From the human T2T-CHM13v2.0 reference genome, Homo sapiens, in the NCBI RefSeq assembly GCF_009914755.1, contig NC_060941.1: DNA of 64,000 nucleotides. One strand, 5' to 3'. Positions 12,986 through 38,010 of the stretch are shown here, piece by piece; position 1 is the first letter of the stretch, and each line of letters opens with the position of its first letter. A program made the position numbers and the translations under genes. The notes under the pieces are model-generated. The model saw only the letters and a list, made by a program, of their open reading frames with translations, was not told the DNA's origin and ran no database searches.

Positions 12986-14885
12986 AGATCCTGTCCCCTG
13001 ATGGGGGAGGTAAGGGGGAGCAGGCCCTGCAGTGACCTGTTGGCCATCTCTTATCCACCTGACGTGGCCAAAGGTAGCCACGTTATCTCCCATAGCATGT
13101 CCTCTCCTCCGTATCAGGACACAGTAGACATCCAGGTGCCTATAAAATAGACGTTTCTGGAGATAGCAGACCCTTGCAGGCTCTCCGGAAAGACTCTGTG
13201 ATAACAGCCCTGGTGAACAGAGAAGCCCTTAGCCACACGGTGTCCAGGGGCCCCACCACACCTCTGGCCTTTGGACAAAGTCAGCACAAGCCACTCCCAC
13301 CCCACCCACCTCCTTCGTGCATTCTGCAGCTGCCACTCCCTGCCCACCAGGGCGACCAGACGCTGGCTGGAGCCAGGGCAGGGGCGGGCACTCTTCACCG
13401 TTTCCACAGGAAATCCCAGACCCTGTCCCCGCAGCCTGGCACTCAGACAGCTGCTCCCACTCTCCCCCTGCCCATGGGAGCTCAGCCTCTGGGGCAAGAG
13501 GGGACCCTGTTTACACCAACGCACCTAGGAAAAACCTTGGGGAAAATTCCAGGCCTGAGTCCCCAGTGTCCCCAGAGTCCACGGCTGGTGGCAGAGGGCC
13601 AAGAAGATAGTGACAACGAGGATTTATACCCCAGCAATGAGGGGACAGCAACAAGGCAGCTTCTCTGCAGGTCCACACAGGAAAGGAAACCCACAGCGCG
13701 GCTCCGTGCAGCAGGGGCTCTGAGTGACACTCGCAAGGCCATGGCACCAGGCAGGGGACCCCCCCACCGGAGGGCATGGCTCAGCAGAAGCCGGGAGAGG
13801 GTGGGTCCTGGGATCCCAGCCCAAAGCAGGCAGTCAGGAACTGAGTGACCGCGGGTACCCTGGGGGTACAGGGCAGAGGGAGGAGAGTGTCTCCGAGGCC
13901 CCCTTGCCATCCCTCAATGCCAAGTCCAGCAAAGGTGGTTTTCTGGCGCCAACTAGCAGGCACTGACCCCCCTCGTATCCCCAACTCGTGACCCAGCCAC
14001 CTTTCCCGGGGGCTGAGTGGCTCTGAACAGGGGTAGAGCCGTGGGGCAGTGTGGGGCTGACACCCAGGAGGCGGTGGGGGAGGCGCCCACTCAGGCCCTC
14101 GCTGCCCGGGGAAAAGGCTGCTGCATGCAAAGCACGCTGACGCCAGAGCCTTCGGCAGAGGAGGGGGAAATTGTTTATATCTCACCCTCCTTCTTACCAT
14201 GGGCCTCCTGGGGGCTGCTGGCCCTGGGTGAGCAGGACGGACCAGGACCCGAGATGCCTCAGAGGGACACTTCTTGGGCAGGAGGACAGCACAGGCCATG
14301 GAGTCCCAAGGGGAGGGGGAGGGCTGTCACACTGGGCCCCCGTGGGTCCTCTGCAGCATGACAGTCTAGCCTGCCCCTGGCCATGCTGAGCCATGTGGCT
14401 CTCCTCTCCCAGACCCTGTGGTGACAGGCAAGGGCACAGGGGTGGCGGGGCAGAGGCACTGTTGAAAAACCTGCCCAAGGGCCTGCCCTTGGCATCTCCT
14501 GGACCCACCCTCATCTTCCCCGAGGCTGTCCGAGTGCTTTCCCGGGTGGTCTGTCCTCAGTGGGAATGCGGCAAGCCTCCCCCTTGTGCCTGGTATAGCC
14601 CTACCTGCTGGGGGAGGGGACACTAATGATCACCCCCAGCTCATAGGCACAGAAGGGAGGCCTGGGGCAGGGGTAGCCCAGGGTCGTGGCTGAGCCACTG
14701 AGAAAAGCTCAGACCCCCAACCCCCTCAGCTCTTCCTCCCCCAGGTTCCTAACCACGGCCCGACCTCCCTGGTCCAGTGAACGTCCCACTCCGCATTGCA
14801 TGCTCCCCTCTGGGTTCCTCCAAGGTTCTCAGAGTCCAAGCCTGGTGATCACCAACAAAAATCTCTGCAAACAGCAGATTCCTAC

Positions 14886-16201
<1,316 letters not shown>

Positions 16202-16222
16202 TGAACACTTGAGTTGTTTCCA

Positions 16223-17247
<1,025 letters not shown>

Positions 17248-17359
17248 CAGGACACAGGACGGTCACAGATGGGCATAGACTCACACCTGGAAATTCTAGG
17301 TGTGAGCACACAGGCTTCCAGAGAGGAGGAAGGTGGGTCGTCAAGCATATGGGTATTTT

Positions 17360-17690
17360 ATGGGTTGAAGCGTGGTCCCCCAAAATGATATGACCCTGTC
17401 CTAATTCCCAGAATGTGTGAATACGGCCTTTTTTGGATGGAGGGCCTTTGCAGATGGAATTAAGTGAAGGATGAGGAGATGAGGTCATCCTGGATTATTC
17501 AGGCAGGCCCAACATCCAAGGGCTGGTGTCCTTATAGGAGTCATACAGACAGACACAGAGAAGGCCTCGTGAGGATGGTGGCTAAGCAGGAGGGATGCAG
17601 CCACAAGCCAAGGACGCCCAGGACACCAGAATGCATGACTGCTGCTTGAAGCCACTCAGCATGTGGTCATTCATTACATCAGCTAAGCCA
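17360..17690 (+). mobile_element. MLT1-type LTR (internally deleted)
   Basis: gggttgaagcgtggtcccccaaaa...ctttgcagatggaattaag...gatgaggtcatcctggatta. Confidence 0.7.
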
Positions 17691-17930
17691 GGTCTGCACA
17701 CACCTGCAAAGCAGCAACTCCGGAGCAGAAGCCAGACCCAAAGAGGGACAGTTTCCCCTCTGGCCAGGACCTCACCCCATCAACCCAACTGCCCACAAGG
17801 CTGCTGCTCAAGCATCCCAGGCCTACAGCTGCCAGCCTGTCCTGGGCTCAGCTGAGGGAAGAGGGAGCTGTGAACAACTCAGCCCTGGGCCCCTTCAGGG
17901 AGCCAATGACCCCCTCCCTTTCTCCCTCAT

Positions 17931-17983
17931 GCATTCATCCCTTCATTCATTCATTCATTCATTCATTCATCCATCCATTCATC
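17931..17983. repeat. (TTCA)n simple repeat, probably an L2 tail
   Basis: cattcattcattc run. Confidence 0.8.
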
Positions 17984-20647
17984 ACTCCTTCCGTAAACAG
18001 GCCTGGCACCTCCCACGCGCCTAGATATGAATGCAGTATCAATGTGTCCCTTTCAGGGGCCCACAGTGGGTGGGTAAGCACACCCACAAATTCATAACTC
18101 CAGAGGGGACAGGAGGCCCAACAGAAGAATCACAAGGGAAAGCCAAAAGGGCCTCAGCTCTGCCTGGGGCAACAGGGAGAAGCCCCCTAGACTGGTGTCT
18201 GGAGGCCCACCCTGGACTGACGCAGAGGCTTTCCTGATGGGCAAAGAAGGCGGCCTCCCTCTGGTTTGTGAAGGAGATGGTGGCACAGAGAGCTGGAGGT
18301 GGGATCCTGGGTTTTGTCCTCCAGGCGATAGACACAGGAGGGGTGAGAACAGGCTCACCTTTATCAAACTTTGGTGGAAAATTGAAATTGTGTTCCAGGA
18401 CAAGGACCAAGAAAGTCTGATGCTGGCCATGTTCAGGCTGTGCTGCTCTGAGATACTGGGGCAGGCGGGCTTGGCAAGGTGGCCCCCATCCTCTCTCTCC
18501 CCATGTCCCCCTGCTCCTGCTCCTGCTCCATGTCTCCCCACTCCCAGCTCCTCAGTGGCCAAGTTTGGCGTCCTTCAAGAAGTGGCCGAAACCTCTAAAG
18601 GAACTTCACCCTGCAGGGCAGGCCCTGCCCAAGGATGTCTCCACCACCCAGAGTCCAGTTCCGGCCCTCGACACCCCACCCCCATCCCAGAGTCTGGAAT
18701 GATGCAGCCCCCAGCTCCTGGGGTCCCCACGTGGAGCCCCTGCTCCCAGCAAACCAGCGAGGGAGGCCTGGGGGGAGGGAGGGGCTAAGAGGGAGGGGAG
18801 CGCCTGGCCGTCCCCAGAGAGTACAGCTAACCCACAGCACATAATCCTGTTAAAAAATTAATCCTCATTTAGCCGGGAGGCAAGGCAGCCGCTGAGATAA
18901 AGCCCCTGAGAAGTAATAAAAGGCAACAGCAATTGATAAAGTGGTGAGGCCGCTCATAAAACCCTGCTGCAGTGAAGGTCGGGCAGGCCCCAGGAATCGG
19001 AGAGTAACCACTGCCAGGTGGGGGCGGGGGGCATTGCTTACAAGCCCCAGCCCCTGCAGAGGACGACCCCCTTGGGCAACAGAGCTGATGCTGATGGTGG
19101 ACAGAGGGAGAAAGGAGGGAGGCTGCCTTTCTCAGCTCCTCCCTGCTCGGCCTCACTGGACGACCGTGGCCCTTTGGGAAGGAATCACCATCCTTGGTCC
19201 TTGTCTCTCTCCTAACATCATAGCCATGAAAGATCACAGCCCTCCTGGGGCCCAGCCGGTCCCAGAGTAGAGCTGGTGAGCCTGGGCCTGTCTCCTGTGG
19301 CTCCTGGTGGCCCCCGCTGTCCCCCACACACTTGTCCCAGGGATAGGAGGATGGAGAGCCCACCCCAGCCCCCACACCAGGGACTCACCTGGAATCCTCC
19401 CAGACGGCAAGTGTGGTCACCACTGCAATTGGCATCTGCCTGCTGGGGAGGACTCATTGTCATGTCCTCACGGGGACGTTCCACTCCAGCCAAATTGCAT
19501 AACCAGGCCATTCCTCCTTCAGGGTCCCCAAAAGCCAGTAATGGTCCCCACAAAAGGGCACTGGACTGGAGGCAGGAGAGACCCATTGAGACCCAATATT
19601 GTACCACTAGACATGGTGGAAAATTAGGGGAGGGGACTCGATGCCTCCGCTACTCCAACACTGGCGACGACCCACAGGTGTAAGTGCCCAGCTTCCAAGC
19701 CCACCCCCCTCACCAGGGCATCGAGGGCTCCCTGGAAGCACCAGTCTGGGGCTGCACCCTGGCCAGAGACGGAAGAGAGTGATTCCCATTACTGTATCAC
19801 TCCAACTGCTGCCTGGAGACTAAGGAGAAGCAAGGAGACCGGTCAGAAGGCAGTTGCAATGGTCCTGACCATGCTAACTTCACCCACGTTCTCTTTCATT
19901 TATGCACTGAAGAATCATTTATTAAACACCTACTGTGTGCCAGGCATCAGACCAGGAGCTCGGGATACAGTGCTGCTCACAGCCTTGTAGGAGAGACACA
20001 TAAACAATTGCAATAGAATTCCTTGTATCAGGTTATTAATGAGAACAGGAAGTTAGCGGCAAAGCTGACCTTGTGGAGGACAATGCCTGCCTTATGGCCC
20101 TCGGCCACCAGCTGAGACACCAGCAGGCCTGGGCAGGCCAGCCCCTGGCCCAGAGGCTGGGTCCCTAGGGCCCGAGCCCCCTACATGGCTCATCTGCATG
20201 GGGCAATCTCTACCCGTGCAAGCGTCAAATCCACCCGGTCCCAAGGACAAGGAGGCCTCTGGGATCAAGTCCTGCTGGGCACCCAGAGCCCCCTAAGCAA
20301 GAAAAGCAGTGAATAAACACTTTCCTATGTGTCCATAAGGAGGAGCCCTCTCCCCTACAGACACTGGTTTGCCCATAACCACTGCACCCACAGTGGCCAT
20401 CAGCCCTACCTCTCTAAGCTCACATCCATCTGCCTTAGGTGAGGAGTCCTCAGCTTCAAGGACACTGGAATGACGACTTTACGAATGCTTTGCCCCCCCA
20501 CCCAGGTAACAAGGAGCCCACACACCTCCCAGATCTTGATCTCTAATAACATCTCCAATAAAACAAGCCAGGGCTCCTTGAGAAATGCTGGATTCTAGGG
20601 CAGAGGAAATATATAAGATAAGCCTGGAGCATCTTATAGTGCTCAAA

Positions 20648-20865
20648 ACACATACATCCACACATGCACACATGTACACACACTTGCACACATGCACACA
20701 CGTGCACACACCCACTTGCACACAGAAACATACACACGCGTATTCACACACATATATGCATACGCGCATGCATGCATGCACGCACATGCACAAACATACA
20801 TGCATACACACACACACTTGCACACAGACACGCGCACTCGTACACACACACATTTGCACACACTG
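20648..20865. repeat. Degenerate CA/TG/CG alternating purine-pyrimidine repeat
   Basis: cacatgcacacatgtacacacac... over about 215 nt. Confidence 0.9.
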
Positions 20866-20869
20866 CAGG

Positions 20870-22395
<1,526 letters not shown>

Positions 22396-22649
22396 AACAG
22401 AAAGTATGTTAGATATTTGCATGCATTTGTCCTCTTAATTTATTTACTCATGCAACAAAGATGCATTAAGCACCTATGCTGTGCTGGACACTCTCCCAGG
22501 CTCTGGTGATACCATGATGAGCTAATATGGCAGGCCCCTGCTTCAGAGAGCCTGACCTCACCGTCTACCTGAAGGCTTGCATGAAGAGTATGGGGAAATT
22601 TCAGGTGACAGATATAAAGGACAAATGTTTACCCAAAAAATATAATCTA

Positions 22650-24565
<1,916 letters not shown>

Positions 24566-24602
24566 ATTTTTAAAATAAAGAAAAAAAGTATTCATGACTC
24601 TT

Positions 24603-25013
24603 GTTAAAGACAGGTAGGAAGACCTTATTCCAGGGGGGCTACCACAATGGGGTTTAGCTGTAGGAGAGCCAGATTGGGCTCAGTCTCACTCTACCAAGGA
24701 CGAGTAGGACATGCAGTCCAGGAGCAAGTGTGCCGGGTGGGTGGAAAATGACTAAGAGGAGACATTGAGGAGACGGGATGCTTACTCGGCCAACTCAGCA
24801 GAAATCTTCCTGAAAGCAGGCCAGGGTAACAAGATATCGAGAGTGGAGGATGAGGAATCTGATCAAATACTGAGGGTGATCACATAGGATTTCCACTAAA
24901 CTGACTCAGCAGGACTCTTGCTAAACCCGAACTAAAGAAGCCGAGGACAGAGCCCAAGGTCAGCGCCTTGAAGGCTTAGTGGAGTAGAGTTAGGTCGAGA
25001 AGAGGGTCTGTCA
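24603..25013. mobile_element. Probable old ERV solo LTR, family uncertain
   Basis: TG...CA bounded (tgttaaag...tgtca) with LTR-like internal repeats (actcagcagaaatctt / actcagcaggactctt). Confidence 0.45.
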
Positions 25014-25114
25014 CCTGATAGCCATCTGATCATAACAGCCAAGTAGCTTTTCCATCCTTTGTCCAATAACCTTTCTCTAAGCACTGTACCCCAAGGAAAG
25101 AAGGCAAAGGTTAA

Positions 25115-25564
<450 letters not shown>

Positions 25565-26219
25565 TGATTTTAACCGCTCTCTGCCTCAGTTTCCAAACTG
25601 TAAACTGAGGATTGTACTAAGTCCTACCTCAAGAACTACCTCCAAGCTTCAGTGAGATCGTGGCTATTGCCCAGTGCCCACGGACTGAAGGAAATGTCCT
25701 GTAGCCACGAGCTACAATCAACCACCGCACACCCTTTCCATCCAAGTGCTCTATGAGATCGCAGAGAAAATGGAAACATACGTGGGGTGACCCAAGGAGC
25801 TCCCCAGCAAAGCGGGATTGAGGTACAGAGCCAAAAACCAAAGGAAGAGTTACCCAAGCATGGCTGGGATGTCCTGAGAGGAGCAGGAGCAGACCTTTCA
25901 TGCCATCTCCAGACCAGGCCCAGGCAGGTAAGAGGGTGAACAGGACCAGGAATTCGCACAACCCCAGGGGCCGACAGGAGAACCTGCAGAACCACGGACC
26001 CCAGACCTGCGAGCCACCAAGATCTGCGCCGGCCTCAAGCACACCCCAAATGCACTCCAGCCGAGGCCTGGCCAGGCCCCTGGACCACTGCCTCGGCTCC
26101 TCACTCAGGCCCTGCCTCCCTGGCGGCGCTCTCGAGCCCCACCCCACAGCCAGCTCCTGCTTAAACCTAGCAATGCCCCCCAGGCCTGGAATTCTATTAT
26201 CAGCTTGAACTAGGTCCCG

Positions 26220-26630
26220 CTGAGAGTGACAGGAAACCCAAATAATGGAAATTGCAACGAGGCAGAGTGTGTTGAATTCTCCCCGGGAGGATGCAGCCTG
26301 GAGCTGAGCTACACAGGACGCTGGGGACCAGGCCCCTTCTGCGCACCCCGGCCATCCCCGGGGAGCCCCTCATCAGGCGGCTTAGGGTGGCTTGCCAGCC
26401 AGAGGCATCAGATGGAGGAAAAAATCAAAAAAGAAGAGAAGCAAAGCTAGCTTCCGGCAAGAGGCTGGGACTGCTACAAGACATTCTCCTTTTGCCCCAT
26501 TGGTCAAAATGTGGTCACGTGGCCCTGCTTTGCTGCAAGGAATGCTGGGAAATGTAGTCTTTCTTCTAGCAGCCATCTTATCATGGAAAGAGGGGAGAAC
26601 AGATATTAGGGGACAACTAACCAGCTCTGC
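26220..26630. mobile_element. Old MLT1(J/K-like) LTR remnant
   Basis: cattggtcaaaatgtggtcacgtggcc...gctgcaaggaatgctgggaaatgtagtct. Confidence 0.6.
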
Positions 26631-27289
26631 CACAGCGGAAAATCCAGATTCCGCCACGGCCTACAGGCTCCTCCTGGTCGACCCTCTCGGGAGCCCCGGT
26701 GCCTCCCTTCCTCCATGCCTGGTCCCTCTGCCTGAAGCCTTCCCGCCCTCTCTCCTGGCTCCATGCATCCTGTGGGCCTCCCACAACGCTGGTGCCAGCA
26801 AAGCCCGATCTCCTCTCCCGAGGCCGCCTGCATTCCCCCTGTGCGTGCATCGTAACCTGTGTCCCTGACTCACAGGGATCCTTACCCTCCCCAAGGTCTG
26901 TGCTCCCCAGGGAGGAGCCAAACCTCTGGGTGCCCTGAGCCCCAGCCCTGCAGAGCAGGCACCCCACGCGGTGGTTGCAGGCACCGGGCAGTCGCTCCAT
27001 CCTGGTTTTCAGCTTTTGGTGCACAGAAGCATGAAGAAGAGGGGTCACTGGCACGGAGTCCTCCTTGAGAGTGTGTTCCAGTCGGCCAGGCAGGGGCAGC
27101 CGGGGATCCGTACCAGTGGTCCCTGCCCACCTGGGTTAGGAAAGGCTGGCTGGCCTGGGGAGGCTGTAGACGGCGTCTGCGGTGTCATCTGAGTGCCACG
27201 GCCATCGCTTCGAGACGGCGTCTGCTTGCTGCAGCCAGCCAAAGGTCTTAAGGAAGGCCGGGGCCACTGTCGGCAGGTGTGTGGCTCCA

Positions 27290-27970
27290 GATTGAAATTG
27301 TGACAATACCTCCAACCATGCCCTTCCGTCTTCCCACCGCGCAATCCAGTGCACCACCTCCCACCATGCAATCCAGCGCACCACCTCCCAGCAAAACCTC
27401 CAGGATCCGCCTCAAACCCAGCCCCATCCCACAGCCACCACCCTGGTCCGGGCCACCAATAGCTCTTGCTCAGACACAGGCAGTCACCTCTCCAGGGAGC
27501 ACCCAGTGTCCATTCTGCCCTCGTTCTGGTCTATCCTTCACCCACAAATGGAGAGTATATTTTAGCATTAGATCAGTTCATGTCACTCTCTTGCTTAAAA
27601 CCCGCGCCTGGCTTCCACTGCCTGGCATGAGAATCACCGCCACCTGCCCTACGGGACTGGCCCTGCCACCCCTGCCACCTGCCCCATGCCCGCTCCCCTA
27701 GCTCATGGTCCCCCAGAGTCACTGGCCTCCACCATCCTCTCAGCGAGACCCCACCAGCCACCACTGCGTGCCGCCCACCCACCCCGCCAGCCTCTCCATC
27801 ACGTCTTCCTGCCTTCCCTTCTTTTGGGAAACTCTTTTTTTCTTGTTTGTTCATTTTATCTTCTGTGTCCCCAACTCGAATGGAGGCCACGAGGAACATT
27901 GTCTGTCTCATTCACTTCTGTGTCCCCAGAACCTAGAACCATGCCTGGCACACAGAACGTGCTTAATAGG
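27290..27970 (+). mobile_element. L2 3' fragment
   Basis: catgtcactctcttgcttaaaacc; tgtccccagaacctagaaccatgcctggcacacag. Confidence 0.75.
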
Positions 27971-28499
27971 AACTGAGACAGAGACATACAGGGAAGGAAA
28001 GAGGGAGAGAGACAGAGAAAGAGAGAGAAAATAAGAGAAGGGGAAGGAGAGATGGGGGAGAGGGAGGGAGAACCGCACACCGAATCCAGGGGTTCCTCTC
28101 CCACCCTTCATGTGCCTATGGTAACAAGGGAGTCCCCCTCTTCTGACCCCTTGTTGTCATCAAGCAAGAACGTCTGAGCCCCAGGCACCCTCTGAAATTC
28201 CCAAGAAGGAAGCATGCCAAGAAGGAAGCACCCCAAGAAGGAAGGCGCACAGGACGCTGGTCTGGAGCCATCCGGTTCCCGGTCTGCTCACCACGCTCAA
28301 GGAGCCCCTCAACAGGACCAGGAGGAGAACAGGCACCCAGCCTGGGGTTCCCCCCGGACAAGGCCATGCTGTGACCCAGGCTTGGTCCTGGCCCTGACCA
28401 TGGGAAGCCCACCCCACAGGCCCTCACCCAGGCAGGCCTGAGGCCCATGCACCACTAAAGGCCTGGAGAGGGGGTCCCACCCCAGCCTCACCTGGGTCC

Positions 28500-28897
28500 C
28501 CTGGGGTCAGGGTGAGCTGGGACAGAGGGACCACCTGTTGCTATGGGAGAGGGAGAGGGCACGACTTTCCCAGTGGAATGGGCTCCTGCTGTGCTCTGAG
28601 CCCTGGGTCACTGTCCCCACTCTGGGGAGGGAGGGGAGGAGCCTGGAGCACCAAGGGCGCGGCTGGCAATAAAGGCAGATGCTCAAGTTGATGCCACCCC
28701 ACGCACGTGAGGCTGGGACCAGGGGTGGCACTGACACGGCTGGGGAGCCCACTCCCGAGGTTCGACCCGGGGATGTGCACAGCCACATTCCAAAGGCGCA
28801 CGGGATGAGATCAGCCCGGGTGACCCTGGGACTTTGTCCTCCTCGGCAGGAGCCAGCCCTGTGCACCCTGTGTGCCTGTCCATCTGGAAGGCCCAGC
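28500..28897 (+). promoter_or_regulatory. ENPP7 proximal promoter with candidate IR1, CDX and HNF4 sites
   Basis: GGGTCAcTGTCCC 28605-28617; GCAATAAA 28666-28673; GGGACTTTGTCCT 28828-28840; immediately upstream of the ATG. Confidence 0.6.
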
Positions 28898-35847
<6,950 letters not shown>

Positions 35848-36227
35848 CGCCCCATGGCTCAAGGTCAGAGACCCAGAAGGCAGAGGCGGGAGGGTGGCCC
35901 CACGCTCCCTGACCCTCCACCCTGATGTCCCAGCTACAGTCCTAGGCAACCAGAACAGAGCTGCCAGGCCCCGCCAAGCAGGTGACTCCCACTGACCTGG
36001 CTGCCCCAGAGAGGCCATCACCCCTGAGATCCCGAGGCTGACCCTTCCAGCCTCTCTGCTCTGGGCTTGGAGGAGGTCTTTCCAGAGCAGACCACCCGGA
36101 CCAGTGGCCAGAATTCCCACCCTCCCCCAAAAGCCAGAACTCCCTCAGCCTCTGGCCAGAGCTGCTGCCTCCCCTCCTTCCTGCCATCTCTGTGCTCCAC
36201 TGGGATAGCTCGGAAACCGTCACCTGC

Positions 36228-36587
36228 GGTGCATTTGGGAGGAGAGCTCTGGGGCTGTGTTCCTGGAACTCTCCAGGAGCCTCCTAGGACACGCATGAGG
36301 TGTGTTTGGTAGGAGAGCACCAGGGCTATATTCCTGGAACTCTCTGGAAGCCCACCTCTGAGGACACGCGTGGGGTGCATTTAGGAGGAGAGCTCTGGGG
36401 CTGCGTTCCTGGAACTCTCTGGAAGCCCACCTCCAAGGACACGCGTGGGGTGCATTTGGGAGGAGAGCTCCGGGGCTGCGTTCCTGGAACTCTCTGGAAG
36501 CCCACCTCCAAGGACACGCATGGGGTGCGTTTGGGAGGAGAGCTCCGGGGCTGTGTTCCTGGAACTCCCCGGGAGCCTCCGAGGACA
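36228..36587. repeat. Minisatellite in ENPP7 intron 5, 75-bp unit, about 5 copies
   Basis: TTCCTGGAAC recurs at 36260, 36331, 36406, 36481, 36556. Confidence 0.95.
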
Positions 36588-36639
36588 GTGCTCCCTTGTC
36601 TGTCTGTGCAGCCACAGCCTCCTAGGCCAAGCAGAAGAA

Positions 36640-37700
36640 AGTCATTCATTCATCCCGAAAATATGTAACGGGAGCCAGCTCCATGCCACGCTCTGGTCTG
36701 GGCTCAGGATATGCAGCGAACAAGACAGTCCAGGACCTGTCATTTAAAGGTGCAAGAAAGCAGAGAACACAAAAGCAAATGAATCCACGCACAGAGTGCT
36801 CAGATGCTTGTGATGGCAAAGAAGAGACGGCCACAGGCAGGGACGAGGCAGGCGCGACCTTGTCATTTGCCCGGCCTGGAATGGCCTCTCTGAGAAGGTG
36901 GATTTAGGGAGAAAACCAGAATGACAGACACACCAGAAGAAGCCAGACACACCAGGCAGGGGAAAGAGCCAGGGACAGGCCCGCGGTGGGACAGGTTCGG
37001 CGTGTTTGGGATGAGACAGAAGGCCAGTGTGCCTGCAGGTTGGCACAGAGCGAGGCTCTAACAGGAGCTGACCACAGCCCCAAGGCAGGAGGTTGTGGGA
37101 TGCACAGCGGGGAGCCCCAAGCTGAGGTTACACAGGGTCTGAGGTTGATGATTAAATGAGTGGCTCCCACTGCTGGGCCGGGGACAGAAACGGGAGCAGG
37201 AAGTGGCCAGTTTGGAGGTGGCTGCAGGACCCAGCCGGACATTCCAGTGGCGGGGTGGAGAAGCTGCAATGTGCACAGATTCCAAATACCTTTAAGAGGC
37301 ACGACATTCGAGGTTTGTGGACAGATTATGTGGGAGGGTGAAGAAAATGCAAAAATGAAAGATGGGTCCAATGCTTGGGTCCTGAGCCACTTGCTGACAT
37401 GCTAAACTGTTGGGGACAGGAGTCGGGGGGGCCGAGACTTGTTTCGGCCGTGATCAGCCTCAATGCCGGCGACGCGGCCACGTGCAGCTGTTCCTGGGCA
37501 CAGGTTGTGCAGATGAGTCCACAGCCAGGGATGCAGTTTAGTCTGGCAATTTAAATTTGAGACTTGTCAACACAAGCTATGGGACTCAATGAAAGCCCCC
37601 AGCCAGAAGGAGTGGACTGAGAAGAGATGGTGACCACACCACTCACTGAGAAGGCGGGGCTGGTGAGACAGGAAAAGCCAAGAGCTTGTCATGGGTCAAG
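36640..37700 (-). mobile_element. L2 fragment, ENPP7 intron 5
   Basis: tcattcattca tail and degenerate L2 body. Confidence 0.6.
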
Positions 37701-37709
37701 AGGGGAATG

Positions 37710-38010
37710 AGGCCAGGTGCGGTGGCTTCCGCCTGGAACCCCAGTACTTCCAGAGGCCGACGCAGGAGGATCGCTTGAGCCCAGGAGTTCAAGACCAGCC
37801 TTGGCAATATAGTTAGACCCCGTCTCTGTAGGAAATTTTTTTTTAATTAGCTGGGCATGGTGGTGCGTGCCTGTAATCCCAGCTACTGGCAGGGAGACTG
37901 AGGTGGGAGGATCGCTGGAGCCCGGGAGGTGGAGGCTGCAGTGAGCCTTGTTCCTGCCACTGCACTCCACCATGGGCAAGAGTGAGACCTTGTCTCTACA
38001 AAATAAATCA
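37710..38010 (+). mobile_element. AluJ, ENPP7 intron 5
   Basis: Alu consensus. Confidence 0.9.

Noticed and set aside
36220-36668. ORFs with repeated 25-aa units
   Set aside because: A by-product of the 75-bp VNTR period being a multiple of three.
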